A DNA stretch of 64,000 nt from Candidatus Heimdallarchaeota archaeon (GCA_019057815.1 JAHLWR010000017.1:1-64000), one strand, 5' to 3'. Counted from the stretch's first letter, positions 45,901 through 56,630 are shown. A program made the numbers and translations. The notes: generated from the letters alone by a model not told the origin.

Positions 45901-46046
45901 AATTTCATTGACTGGAACCTCATTAAAAATGTTAGTATCAATTAAAAAGATAAGAAAGACTCTCTAGAACGTAGACTTTGGATGTTAAATTTATTACAAA
46001 TTAGTAAAACTTTTATGATATGGTTTTGGGTCGCTATTGAAAAGTA

Positions 46047-46538
46047 ATGAACCACAGTGGTACAATTATTGCTAAAATTAAAGATGATAATAAAATTGAA
46101 GTAGTAAGGGATATCTTTTTTGAATGTAATAATTGTGCACTTTGCTGTAAAATAAATGAAATTCCTGTTATCGAGAAAGATATTACTCGGATTCTAGATC
46201 ATGGTTATGAACTTGATCAATTTTTGAAAGAATTGAGTCCTGTTTTAATTAGAAGTCATCAAAAAAAGGATTCATTTATTAAAGCCTACTTTTTGAAAAA
46301 GAAACCATTTGTTAAAGAATGCGTTTTTCTTGATGAGGACGAGAAATGCAAAATTCACAAATATAAACCATTATCATGTAGTATATATCCTTTCGCTGTA
46401 AGAAAAGATGATGAAAGTCTCTTAGTAATTGTTCACCCGAAAAGCGTTTGTGCTTCTATAGATACGGATGTAAACAAAGAGAAGTCCAACACAAAAAAAA
46501 CAGTGGAAAATTTGCTCTCTTTTGAATTTCTAGAATAA
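46047..46538 (+). CDS. YkgJ/CxxCxxCC cysteine-cluster protein
   Basis: CNNCALCC, CVFL, CKIH..KP..C..YPF. Confidence 0.9.
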   Translation: MNHSGTIIAKIKDDNKIEVVRDIFFECNNCALCCKINEIPVIEKDITRILDHGYELDQFLKELSPVLIRSHQKKDSFIKAYFLKKKPFVKECVFLDEDEKCKIHKYKPLSCSIYPFAVRKDDESLLVIVHPKSVCASIDTDVNKEKSNTKKTVENLLSFEFLE

Positions 46539-46603
46539 TTTCCTTTTTAATACTTCTACGTATAACGGATAAGTTTATGATTACTATATACTGATTATCT
46601 ACC

Positions 46604-47971
46604 ATGAGTTTGTTTAAGACAAATTTCATGAAAGAAGTAGAAAAATTTCTTCAAAAACAAGGTTTCACAACAGAAATGTGTAATATTTATACTCGTGGAG
46701 TAGATTTTTTCGAGTCGTACAAACGAGTGATTCTTTGTGCCTATAAAGATGATTTACTCTTAAGTATCCGTGCTCGAAGTGGTGAAGCAAGTGACCCATT
46801 TAGAGGGTCAGATGATCAAATTGAAGCAAAACTTCAAGATCCTGCTCTTAAACTTTTAAGCTGTATTCGATCTTTAATAACTGGTACTGATCCTATTTAT
46901 TGCGAGAAGTTCAAAGATAAGATTGCTATTCCAATTATTATTATGGAAAAGTCTTCTAGAGGACATCCTCTCTATTATTACTATGATGGTGAAGCTAGAG
47001 AATCAAAAGCTTGGTATGTTAAGAAGAACGTTGTATATACTCCTTGGACGTGGATTAAAGAGTTTTGGAACACAGATTTTGAGCAATCACTGAAAGATCA
47101 AGGTTCTAAGGTTAAGGAACCAATTAAACAAGAAGCCCCAGCTAACGTATTGGAAACTGTGAAAGAAATTGAAGAAATCGTTGGCGCTAAAAGATTAGGA
47201 ATACTTAAAACTATTAATTTAGATAAACCTACTCTCCCTCCAATTGCCCTAAAATTTACTCAAACAGATCAAATGATGATATTTCTCATTGATGAGTTTG
47301 ATAGCGAAATTCACCCTAAATTGATGGATTTCGCAGTTTACTATTTCGGGCAAAAAATCGAGCGTTTTCCATCAAATGCCAATGCTATTTTCTTTAATAT
47401 TGATAGTACGAAGAAAAATGAATCCTTTGTAAGATCCGTTATACCTAATGAATCTGAATTTATTACTAAAAACTTCGATGACCCTACAGTTGTAGAAACA
47501 ACAATTAATGGTTTTAAACATTTAATTGACATTCTGGACATTAAAGAATTTCATTTTATACCAAAATTAAGCCCCATCTCTAGTATGGATATAAGAAATC
47601 TAGTGAAAGTATCATCTGCTTACGTCTTTGAAAAAGTATTTCTTGAAGCTAGGAAACAGTTGAAAAACTTTTTTGCAGAACAATGCCCATTCTGTGACCA
47701 ATCTTCAATTGTTCATAAATTATCAGATGATTTTGTAGATAAACTAAGTTTCAACTTTGAATTAACAAAGGAAAACTCATATGTTGTTTACTGCGATAAA
47801 AAGAAATTAGGATGTGGATTAGGCTTTATTGTTGTAAAGGACTATCTTCAAGGAGGAGTTCATGGATTCTATATCGGAGAAGATTATCAGTATCAACAAG
47901 AAGCTGAAATAGCTAGAAAAAAAATGGCGAAAGAAGGTTTTAGTATACACTCGTTTAAACACATCACTTAG
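46604..47971 (+). CDS. Hypothetical protein with C-terminal Cys motifs
   Basis: 455-aa ORF; CPFC and CDKKKLGCG. Confidence 0.65.
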   Translation: MSLFKTNFMKEVEKFLQKQGFTTEMCNIYTRGVDFFESYKRVILCAYKDDLLLSIRARSGEASDPFRGSDDQIEAKLQDPALKLLSCIRSLITGTDPIYCEKFKDKIAIPIIIMEKSSRGHPLYYYYDGEARESKAWYVKKNVVYTPWTWIKEFWNTDFEQSLKDQGSKVKEPIKQEAPANVLETVKEIEEIVGAKRLGILKTINLDKPTLPPIALKFTQTDQMMIFLIDEFDSEIHPKLMDFAVYYFGQKIERFPSNANAIFFNIDSTKKNESFVRSVIPNESEFITKNFDDPTVVETTINGFKHLIDILDIKEFHFIPKLSPISSMDIRNLVKVSSAYVFEKVFLEARKQLKNFFAEQCPFCDQSSIVHKLSDDFVDKLSFNFELTKENSYVVYCDKKKLGCGLGFIVVKDYLQGGVHGFYIGEDYQYQQEAEIARKKMAKEGFSIHSFKHIT

Positions 47972-47973
47972 TG

Positions 47974-48363
47974 CTACATAGAAGTAAACTTGAATCCATA
48001 TTTGATTAAACCTTCATGACCATCTCGTGCCAAAATGCGAAAAACCATTTTTACTTCCATACCTTTTCTTAAGTCCTTATAATCACAATCTATTATTTGT
48101 CCTGTAACTTTAATGCCATCATTTAATTCTATAATTCCTAAACAATAAGGAGCATTAAACGCCATTTCATCAGATGTCATGGACACATTTGTAAAGTATA
48201 AGATTTTTCCTGTTTCTGCTAACCTGTACTCTTCAACATCATTAGTTCCACAATATGGGCAATATTCACTTAGAGGGAAACTTCTTTTCCCACATTTTTT
48301 ACAACTAATCCCTAGAGCAAGATACTTTTGCCTTTTCTCTCTCCAAATTTTGGGTGGTTCCAT
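47974..48363 (-). CDS. DUF35 Zn-ribbon/OB-fold scaffold protein
   Basis: CKKCG...P...CPYCG, YGFKF; in an operon with thiolase and HMGCS. Confidence 0.93.
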   Translation of the reverse strand: MEPPKIWREKRQKYLALGISCKKCGKRSFPLSEYCPYCGTNDVEEYRLAETGKILYFTNVSMTSDEMAFNAPYCLGIIELNDGIKVTGQIIDCDYKDLRKGMEVKMVFRILARDGHEGLIKYGFKFTSM

Positions 48364-49553
48364 TATTGTTTCATCTCCTCTTGTCCAAAAATATTAACGT
48401 AAGCCAATACTCCTGTACCCATAATATTATGAGTTAATCCGTATTCTATTTCACTTACTTGCCTTTTATCAGCTCTTCCTCTTAATTGCTCTACAATTTC
48501 CACTATTTGAGCAATGCCAGTAGCTCCAAAAGGATCACCCCTAGCTTTTAAACCCCCGCTGGGATTAATACTTATTTTGTTGTTTAATTGTGTTAAACCA
48601 GCTTCAGTAGCATTTCCTCCCTCTCCTTTTTCAAAGAAACCAAGATCTTCTATTGCTAATATTTCAGAGATTGGAAAAGCATCATGTACTTCAGCTACAG
48701 CAATATCTGTGGGTTCTATACCCACTTTAGCAAATGCCTTTTTTGCTGCTGTAACAGTAGATTTTATTTGTGTTAAAGATTCTCGGTGGTGCAATGCTAA
48801 AACATCTGTACTATGTTCTGATGAAAGGATTGGAATTTTGTTTTTAATTTCGCTGTTCCTTTCCAAATATTCTTCAGATACAAGTATTAAAGCTGAACTT
48901 CCATCGCAATGTGTTGCTAAATCAAAACGACCAATGGGATCAGATATGCGTTTAGCACTTAAGAATCTATCCAAAGGAATTTCTCTTCTAAATTGGGCAT
49001 GGGGATTTTCTTTCCCATTTTTGTGATTTTTAACAGGAACAGAAGCTAATTGTTCCATAGTTGTATGGAATTCTCTCATATGAGCTTTTGTTATCAGAGC
49101 GTATAAGCTTGTTAAAGTCGCACCTATTTCATACTCCCATTGGTAATCTATAGTTGAACCTAATATTTTCTCAATTGTTCCGTTTTTTACAAAGTCACTT
49201 AATTTCTCACTTCCAATAACAGCTACACAATCATATATACCACTGGCTAAGCTTATGTATGCTTGATGAAATGCTGCTGCTCCACTTGCATTTCCCGCTT
49301 CAACTCGTGTATAAGGTATTGACATATTACATTCTCGTAAACATTTTGAGCTAAAAACTGAATGAGGTGATGAATTAGATGTCATAGAACCAAAATAAGC
49401 TGATTTTATTGAACTTCTATCTATTTTGGCGTCATTTATTGCTGCATTAAGAGCTTCAGTAGCTAGACTGGTTGAATCCCTATCATAAAACTCTCCAAAC
49501 TTTGTTAAACCAGTTCCAATAACAAACACATTTCTTCCATTCATTCTCATCAC
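48363..49553 (-). CDS. Acetoacetyl-CoA thiolase-like protein with substituted catalytic residues
   Basis: Thiolase fold motifs (VKNH.NG..NP.A, EVHDAF, NPSGGL) but VEAGNASG and ARGDP in place of ACASG and GHP. Confidence 0.88.
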   Translation of the reverse strand: MMRMNGRNVFVIGTGLTKFGEFYDRDSTSLATEALNAAINDAKIDRSSIKSAYFGSMTSNSSPHSVFSSKCLRECNMSIPYTRVEAGNASGAAAFHQAYISLASGIYDCVAVIGSEKLSDFVKNGTIEKILGSTIDYQWEYEIGATLTSLYALITKAHMREFHTTMEQLASVPVKNHKNGKENPHAQFRREIPLDRFLSAKRISDPIGRFDLATHCDGSSALILVSEEYLERNSEIKNKIPILSSEHSTDVLALHHRESLTQIKSTVTAAKKAFAKVGIEPTDIAVAEVHDAFPISEILAIEDLGFFEKGEGGNATEAGLTQLNNKISINPSGGLKARGDPFGATGIAQIVEIVEQLRGRADKRQVSEIEYGLTHNIMGTGVLAYVNIFGQEEMKQ

Positions 49554-50590
49554 TTTAACAATCCTTTGTATCTTGTATACAATCCATAATCAATATCTTT
49601 AGTTCGTTTGATGTAATATTCAATATCAAATGGATAAGACTGAAGTTTTTCAATCTTATCAGTTACTACGAAAGAGAAGGAATCACTTCCAGCTCCACTT
49701 CCATAAGAAGTCATAAGAATCCTTTCTCCTGAAGATGCTTTTTCTAAAATTCTGTTCAAACCTAGCATTGAGGATGCTGAATAGGTATTTCCTATATGGC
49801 GGCACACCAAACTTAATTCAACTTGCTCTTTTGTAAAACCTAACATTTTTGCTACAGAAAGTGGAAATTTTGTATTAGGTTGATGAAAAACAACATAATC
49901 ATAATCTGAAGGATTTGTTTGTAGTTGATTCATTATACCTTTTGTTGCATCTATACTATGTTGGAAATAAGCAGGTTTACCTGTAAATCTTTGACCGTGA
50001 GAAGGATAAGTTGCCCCTTCCCTTCTCCAAAAATCAGGTGTATCTGAAGTTACAGAATATGTTCCTTCTAGTTCTGCAATTATTCCTTCACTTCCGATTA
50101 ATATAGCTGCACTTCCAGCTCCTGCTGTGTATTCTAATGGGTCACTAGGTTTTGCTTGGCTATCATCTGAACCTATGGCTAGGCCATAGTTTATCATATC
50201 TGATTTAACTAAACCAAAACACATCTGCATACCTGCGGTGCCTGCTTTGCAAGCAAATTCTAAGTCTGCAGCCATAATTTCTTTTCCTGTAGGCAAAGCT
50301 TCTGATACTATTGTGGCAGTTGGTTTTACTGCGTAAGGATGAGACTCACTACCTACATAGATAGCTCCAATTAGTTTTGGTTCACCATCCCATAAATTAA
50401 CTGCATTGCGAGCAGATTCCACTGCCATAGTTACGACATCTTCATCTAAACCTAAAACAGATTTCTTTGGTACTTGTAACTGATTTTTGAGTTCAGTTGC
50501 ATCTTCTCCCCATATGTGGGCTATTTCTTCGACACTTATTCGATACTGTGGGATATATGATCCATAAGATACTATACCTACTTTGTTCAT
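49550..50590 (-). CDS. Hydroxymethylglutaryl-CoA synthase (archaeal type)
   Basis: VGSESHPYAVKP, EFACKAG, FHQPN, GNTYS, SYGSGAGSD. Confidence 0.95.
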   Translation of the reverse strand: MNKVGIVSYGSYIPQYRISVEEIAHIWGEDATELKNQLQVPKKSVLGLDEDVVTMAVESARNAVNLWDGEPKLIGAIYVGSESHPYAVKPTATIVSEALPTGKEIMAADLEFACKAGTAGMQMCFGLVKSDMINYGLAIGSDDSQAKPSDPLEYTAGAGSAAILIGSEGIIAELEGTYSVTSDTPDFWRREGATYPSHGQRFTGKPAYFQHSIDATKGIMNQLQTNPSDYDYVVFHQPNTKFPLSVAKMLGFTKEQVELSLVCRHIGNTYSASSMLGLNRILEKASSGERILMTSYGSGAGSDSFSFVVTDKIEKLQSYPFDIEYYIKRTKDIDYGLYTRYKGLLK

Positions 50591-50733
50591 ATCTAAACCC
50601 TAAGGAATTGTTAATTCAATTGATATAATAAACGTTTTTTAAAAACTATATAATACTCTGAAATATAGAATGTAAAAATGTAATTAATATTTTTTAAAGC
50701 AACATTTATGAATAACGATACAAAATCAATTGT

Positions 50734-53700
50734 ATGAAACGAAAATCAATAATTGGTATTTCCATATTAGGAGTACTTCTTGTACAAATGTGTTTCACAA
50801 CAGGAACAAATGTAGGAGCTACAACCGCAACTGTTCCAGGAGAAAATATTTTCATAGATTCAATGAGAAAATATGTTCTAAGTTTTGAAACAGAAGCTTC
50901 ATTCAATCAATATCTAGTTGAAAACCAACCAGATAGATTCTATCCTGAATTGAAAATGGTGATAGCTAAAGATTGGTTGAGCAATAGAGATGATTTGAAC
51001 TCTATTGAAGGAATAAACAAAGTATTTGACGTAACTAACACTAGATTCTACTTCTCTGAAAACACTGGGAATCAACCTGTTTTAATAGCTTCAACAAACG
51101 GTGTAAAGTTGACTATTGATAGTGCTGATATGCTAAATGTAACTGGTCTTTGGAGCGAAGGTTATGATGGTGATGGTGTTGTTATTTGTGATATAGACAC
51201 AGGTATCAATGAGGACCATGTAGACTTTGCTGGAAGAATTTTAGGAGACAGTAAGTCATTTGTAAGTCCGGAATTCGGTCATACTACGACAAATCTTTTA
51301 ATTGATGATATGCAATCACACGGTTCACACACTGCAGGCATAGCTGCTGGAGATGGCACTGGCAATCCTGAGTATATTGGTATGGCACCAGAAGCAAGTT
51401 TGCTAGTATTAAAGGTTTCAGACATAAACTCGATTCCTATGGAAGCAATTCTAGGTGCTCTTGATTATGCTCTTTCACTGGGATATGTCGATGTAATTAA
51501 CTTTAGTATAGGAGGATCAGATCAGGTAGGTCAAGATGTAGAAGAAGCACTTATGAAAATCTTAGTGCTTAGTGGAATTGTAATTGCCTGTTCAGCTGGA
51601 AATGAAGCCTCTGGTCCTGTAAGCTATTTCACAGCAGGTTCACCAGGAACTGCTCCTCAAGTCATTTCTGTAGCAGCTACTACATACGCTGGAACTAAAG
51701 CTTCCTTTAGTTCTATGGGCCCAAGCGCTGATGGTTTTGTCAAACCTGATTTAGTTGCACCAGGTGTAGGGATATGGAGTGTTGGAATCGCTGATAATAC
51801 AGATTATGTCTCAAAGGATGGTACATCAATGGCAGCGCCTCATATAACGGGAACCGCAGCTGTTTTAATTCAAGCTGTGAAAGATTTAGGAATCGATTTC
51901 GATGCTGGGTTAATTAAAACAGCGTTAATGAAGTCTTCAGAAATGAGAGGTGAATACTTAATATATGGTGCTGGACTTCCTGATGCTGGAAATGCATTCC
52001 ACATTATTGATGATGCTCCAGTCAATGCGACAGGATACCCTGTAATCTTATGGGCAATCCCAGAAATGCCGATTCAATGGTATGAAACCATACCTCAAGG
52101 TTTCCAAACAGAGATGTATGTTGAAAGTGTTTCTTCAACACCATATGAGGATTTGGCACCTGTAATTTCAGGTAATATTGCCACAATAATGTCTCTAAAT
52201 ACAACACCTGCAACTGAACCATGGACGAAAAATTACGCTTTACAATTTGACGTAGCCGACGATGCAACAGTTGGAGTTTATGAAGGTTACATTACTTTTG
52301 AAACATCTCAAAGTGTTTCTGTATCAACTTATGTCAAAGTAACTGTAACTGAAGGACATAGCAAAATCTACTATGCCAAACAACATTCAAATTGGAGAAT
52401 TGATAATTTCTTAGGTCAATACCTTTATGTAATTTCTGATTTACTGCAAAGAGGTTATGCTGTAAATGAATTCAAAACTGGAGAAATAACAGCTGGGGTT
52501 CTAGCTGATTACGATATGATTTGGTTTGCTGATCCCTTTAACAGAATATTTCCAGAATTAGAAACCAACCCAGATGTTATTGAAACCTATAATCCACTTA
52601 CAAATGCTGAAAAAACTGCAATTCAACAATTCGTTGACAATGGTGGTGGTCTTTACATAGATCTTCTAGGTCGAAGTTATGAGACAATAGAACACTTAGC
52701 AATAACCATATTATCGGGTAACAATATTACTATGGTTAATGAATTGATTGAGCCCTTCAATATCACTGTTCAGGCTGCTGCATACGATTTCAGTGCAGTT
52801 GCAACAGCTTCAGTCTCAGCAAGTCATAAAATAACTGATGGTGTAGCTAAGATTGACCACTGGGGTACAACATTATCGGTAGATGAAGGGGCATCGATTC
52901 TTACTAAATATTCTAATAAAGGTACGACCGCTGTCTTTGAAAATGAAAATGGTGGTCGTGTATGTGTTGCTACAACTAACTTCCACTTGGATACATCTGG
53001 TTACAAAGAGGAATACAACACTGGAACCAAAAACAAACTATTTTCTCTTAATACATTTGAGTGGTTAACTGCTAAAGAAAAAATTCAAGGATCTTATGTC
53101 AAAGATGAAACTGGTGTTACATTTGATTTAACGGTTTTACCATCTGATGTAGTACCTACAGGACTACTAACATTAACTGCTCCAAGTGGTACAACTGTTG
53201 AAGATGTAGTTCTTGATGATGTGGGTGTAGGCCTGTATCAATATCGTTTAGATTACACTTTAGAAGGAACCTACAAATTTGTTGTCTCAACTTCTGACGA
53301 TAAATATATTGTCTCCATCCTATATGATTTATCTCCACCAATTGTTTATGCACTTGGAGGATGGGTTAATAATACTGTACTAGAAGGTGCGAGGTTAGAT
53401 TTTGAAATCGTTGAAGACGTTACCTCTATTGCATCAATTCAAGTTACACTCAATGGAGATGGTGTTACAACATATGGAAGCGGGCAATTAATGACGTTCT
53501 TTATCTTCAAATCTAGTTTGATTGATGGTGAAGATAATGTTCTCATAGTAATTGTATTTGATATAGCAGGTAATCGAGTGGAATACAATTTCATTATACC
53601 GACAGTGGAACAAACAACGGAAACGACAACAGAAACGACAACAGAAACGACAACGGAAACGACAACAGAAACAACTTCCACTACTGATAAAGGGCCAATA

Positions 53701-53775
53701 TCTACTCTTGCTGCTATTATGAGTATTATCTCTTTAGTTGCAATAATATATGTCATCCGTCGAAAATCTCATTAA
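50734..53775 (+). CDS. Surface S8 subtilase with GIFT-like domain, Thr-rich linker and C-terminal anchor
   Basis: IDTG, HGSHTAG, SAGNE, GTSMAAP; (TTET)5 linker; GP-TM-RRK. Confidence 0.92.
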   Translation: MKRKSIIGISILGVLLVQMCFTTGTNVGATTATVPGENIFIDSMRKYVLSFETEASFNQYLVENQPDRFYPELKMVIAKDWLSNRDDLNSIEGINKVFDVTNTRFYFSENTGNQPVLIASTNGVKLTIDSADMLNVTGLWSEGYDGDGVVICDIDTGINEDHVDFAGRILGDSKSFVSPEFGHTTTNLLIDDMQSHGSHTAGIAAGDGTGNPEYIGMAPEASLLVLKVSDINSIPMEAILGALDYALSLGYVDVINFSIGGSDQVGQDVEEALMKILVLSGIVIACSAGNEASGPVSYFTAGSPGTAPQVISVAATTYAGTKASFSSMGPSADGFVKPDLVAPGVGIWSVGIADNTDYVSKDGTSMAAPHITGTAAVLIQAVKDLGIDFDAGLIKTALMKSSEMRGEYLIYGAGLPDAGNAFHIIDDAPVNATGYPVILWAIPEMPIQWYETIPQGFQTEMYVESVSSTPYEDLAPVISGNIATIMSLNTTPATEPWTKNYALQFDVADDATVGVYEGYITFETSQSVSVSTYVKVTVTEGHSKIYYAKQHSNWRIDNFLGQYLYVISDLLQRGYAVNEFKTGEITAGVLADYDMIWFADPFNRIFPELETNPDVIETYNPLTNAEKTAIQQFVDNGGGLYIDLLGRSYETIEHLAITILSGNNITMVNELIEPFNITVQAAAYDFSAVATASVSASHKITDGVAKIDHWGTTLSVDEGASILTKYSNKGTTAVFENENGGRVCVATTNFHLDTSGYKEEYNTGTKNKLFSLNTFEWLTAKEKIQGSYVKDETGVTFDLTVLPSDVVPTGLLTLTAPSGTTVEDVVLDDVGVGLYQYRLDYTLEGTYKFVVSTSDDKYIVSILYDLSPPIVYALGGWVNNTVLEGARLDFEIVEDVTSIASIQVTLNGDGVTTYGSGQLMTFFIFKSSLIDGEDNVLIVIVFDIAGNRVEYNFIIPTVEQTTETTTETTTETTTETTTETTSTTDKGPISTLAAIMSIISLVAIIYVIRRKSH
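53614..53673 (+). repeat. 12-bp tandem repeat x5 encoding TTET
   Basis: acaacRgaaacg x5. Confidence 0.95.
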
Positions 53776-53900
53776 TCCTTTTTTTTCTTTTTTCTTTGTT
53801 TTATTTTTCTTTTAACAGAATCTTTTTAACATCCTATTCCTTGATTTTTCAGAGAAGAATCATTTTAAAATCACGAAATTAGGGCTTCTACAGTGAAATA

Positions 53901-54566
53901 GTGGTAATTGTAATGAGATTTGCAAAGGAATCAAAAGAAATAATTATGTTCTTTATTTCTATAATGTTATTAAGCTTAGTAGCTATTATAGCAATTTCTC
54001 AATTTTACAATTTGTGGTGGATATATGTTCTCTTAGCTATTCCTATATTCTGTTCTATTTTTGTTATTTGGACTTTTAGAGATCCACAAAGAATACCCAA
54101 TTTATCACAAAATGGTATTTTAGCTCCAGCTGACGGGATTGTTACTGAGATAGTTGAAAAAGAAAAAGGTTTTTACTGTGTTATTCGTATGTCACCTTTT
54201 GATGTTCATATGACTAGAAGCCCAATAAGTGGAACTGTTAGAAGTGTGAAACGTCAGAAAGGAAAACATTGGCCTGCTTATTTTTCAAATTATGTAAAAA
54301 GAAATCAAAGAAATACCATCTTCATCGAAAATGTGGAAAAGAACATTTCAGCGGAAGTTATTCAGGTTTCAGGTATTTTTGCAAGAAGGACAATAGGATA
54401 TATCAAAGAGGGAGATGAGATTACGCAAGGGGACGTAATTGGTATCATAAGATTTGGTTCTATTACATCAGTAGAAATAAAAGGAGAAAATAGTTATAAA
54501 ATACTAATAAAGTCTAAAGAATCAGTTAGAGCTGGTTTATCAATAATAGCAATCAAAGATGGTTAG
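53901..54566 (+). CDS. psd: Phosphatidyl/archaetidylserine decarboxylase proenzyme
   Basis: FRDP.R, APADG, MSPFDVH..RSP, ARR, IRFGS cleavage motif. Confidence 0.92.
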   Translation: MVIVMRFAKESKEIIMFFISIMLLSLVAIIAISQFYNLWWIYVLLAIPIFCSIFVIWTFRDPQRIPNLSQNGILAPADGIVTEIVEKEKGFYCVIRMSPFDVHMTRSPISGTVRSVKRQKGKHWPAYFSNYVKRNQRNTIFIENVEKNISAEVIQVSGIFARRTIGYIKEGDEITQGDVIGIIRFGSITSVEIKGENSYKILIKSKESVRAGLSIIAIKDG

Positions 54567-55353
54567 TGATTTCATGGAATGGAGTGAAATATCTTTTTTA
54601 CAGAAACCTTGGATAAAGTATGGCGCTCTATTCTTAGCAAATCTAATGACACTTAGCAGTTTAGTTTTAGGAATTGTTGGTATTGTTTTGACTTTCAAAT
54701 CTTATGAAAACTATTCAATATATTTTGCTAAAATTCTAGCAGTCTGCTCGATTTTCGATTTTGCAGATGGAAAATTAGCTAGGATTGGTGGGAGCAAGAA
54801 AATAGCTGTCGACGTTGATACAATAAGTGATTCAATAGTTTTTGGTATTTTACCTGCAATATATTTAGGTTATTGGGTTTCTGATTGGAGTATTGTAGCA
54901 GGTGTTTTTACAGGTTTGATTTATGTTGGAGCAGTTTGGTTCAGGTTATACAGATTTAAAAAGAAAGATCCTATGTATGCTCCTTATTTTAGAGGATTAC
55001 CCAGTCCTTTTGCTGCAATGGTAATAGCTTGTCTTCTAATTTTTTCAGATACACCAGAATGGGGAGTATTAATAGCTACAATAATACTGGCTGGTTTTAT
55101 GATTTCAACAATTCCTTTTGCATCATTTAAAGGTGTGCCTTCGAAATTTGATTGGTTTTGGATAGTAGTTACGACATTAGTTTTCATTCTCTTTGCAGTA
55201 TTTCCTACAAGTTTGATGATATTCCCTGCATACAGTTTAGCAACGTTAATGATAATATATTTAGTAGCTGGACCAATATATGCTGAAAAACTCGACAAAA
55301 AGTATCAACAAGATAAAAAAATTAAAGAGAAAAAGGCTGTTCCAGAAGCATAA
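54559..55353 (+). CDS. pssA: CDP-alcohol phosphatidyltransferase (archaetidylserine synthase-like)
   Basis: D..DGKLAR, DT.SD...FG..PA, RL.RF, F.GLPSP; coupled to psd. Confidence 0.88.
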   Translation: MVSDFMEWSEISFLQKPWIKYGALFLANLMTLSSLVLGIVGIVLTFKSYENYSIYFAKILAVCSIFDFADGKLARIGGSKKIAVDVDTISDSIVFGILPAIYLGYWVSDWSIVAGVFTGLIYVGAVWFRLYRFKKKDPMYAPYFRGLPSPFAAMVIACLLIFSDTPEWGVLIATIILAGFMISTIPFASFKGVPSKFDWFWIVVTTLVFILFAVFPTSLMIFPAYSLATLMIIYLVAGPIYAEKLDKKYQQDKKIKEKKAVPEA

Positions 55354-55388
55354 AACAGTAAAAAAGATCTAAAGAGAATGAGTAAGTC

Positions 55389-56456
55389 TCATTTCTTCTT
55401 TAATTTTGTATTAGCGATCATTTCGAAGCCTAGAGCATTAGACATTACAGCGTTTTCAGGCACTAAAACTTCTTCAAATGATTTAACAATATTAGCGTCA
55501 AAGAATGCTTGTTTAAGATATTTACCAAAGGTGTAAGATCCTCCACCACACACAATAACTTTCTCAATCCATGCATCTGGAGGAAGATTGTTTAGTAATC
55601 TATTACTTTCATCTACAATAATATCTGCAATTGAAACTACAGCTTGATCTATCGCTGAACCAATGTCTAGAGCTTTTCCTCCGACAAGGACAGTTCTTTT
55701 CCCTTGTTCAATAGCTGTCATCAAATCAAATGGACGGATGATTTTACCAGCCTTTTCTTGAATTGCTCTTGAAAGAGCATTAGTTAGACTGTCTGTAGCT
55801 TCTTCAATAGAACCTGAAGCAGCTCTCATCATGCTACCTTTATACATACAAAGGATATCAGTTGTACCATGACCGATATCTACAATTATTGAATCGACAG
55901 CTGTTTTTACACCACTGCTTCGTAATGTATGCCAATATGTTCCATAGGGTTCAGGTGCTACTAAAACTTGTTCAACTAAAATTTTCATTTCTTTAACTTC
56001 ACCTGTTGCATCATTTTTAACTTTGATATCATGTGTTCCTTTAAGACCTTTACTGAGTGTTTTACTCTCTTCCACACCTGTTGCTATTGGTACACCCGTA
56101 GCAACAACAAATTGCTCATAATTGCTTTGCATTGTAAGACTTAGAATAGCTTTAAGTGCAAGCAAACTATTGTCGATAGACTTCATTTTGCCTTCAGAAG
56201 CCAGCGATTTTCTGATTTCACTTTGTAATCTCGCTAGTTCTCCAATATAGACATCTTGTCCTCTTGAGTCTTCAATAATCAAGTTATTGAGCAAACTCTT
56301 ATCCTGAACTAAACCTGCCCATCCTGGATTGGGTGTTCCTATAACAGATGGAATTTTATACTGTTGATCTCCACATACAACTTTAATTGTGGAGGTACCT
56401 AAATCAACACCTACTGCTCTAGTAATTTCTGCAACTGGCATTTTAATTTCACTCAC
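55389..56456 (-). CDS. ParM/StbA-type actin-like ATPase
   Basis: GVDLGTSTIK (phosphate 1), ATGVP, PEPYG, VDIGHGTTD (phosphate 2), CGGGS, NALGF. Confidence 0.9.
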   Translation of the reverse strand: MSEIKMPVAEITRAVGVDLGTSTIKVVCGDQQYKIPSVIGTPNPGWAGLVQDKSLLNNLIIEDSRGQDVYIGELARLQSEIRKSLASEGKMKSIDNSLLALKAILSLTMQSNYEQFVVATGVPIATGVEESKTLSKGLKGTHDIKVKNDATGEVKEMKILVEQVLVAPEPYGTYWHTLRSSGVKTAVDSIIVDIGHGTTDILCMYKGSMMRAASGSIEEATDSLTNALSRAIQEKAGKIIRPFDLMTAIEQGKRTVLVGGKALDIGSAIDQAVVSIADIIVDESNRLLNNLPPDAWIEKVIVCGGGSYTFGKYLKQAFFDANIVKSFEEVLVPENAVMSNALGFEMIANTKLKKK

Positions 56457-56611
56457 TTATGTTTTCAAGAAATTCTTATTTAAACTGTTTGTCCTCTTAG
56501 TTAGAAAAATATATACACTTCTTTTATACTTACAAACCAGCTTCCGTTTAATATGTTCTTTTAACGTACTTGAATCTCTAAATTGGATAAGACTATGAAA
56601 TAAATAGGTTT

Positions 56612-56630
56612 TTAGAGATTAAATCTCTAA
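56612..56630. promoter_or_regulatory. Perfect 9-1-9 inverted repeat between the actin-like gene and the divergent ORF
   Basis: TTAGAGATT-a-AATCTCTAA; an extra AATCTCTAA half-site at ~56573. Confidence 0.5.

Noticed and set aside
55389-56456. Lokiactin/eukaryote-like actin
   Set aside because: Motifs (ATGVP, PEPYG, DIGHGTTD, NALGF) are ParM/StbA-like; the eukaryotic actin signatures are absent
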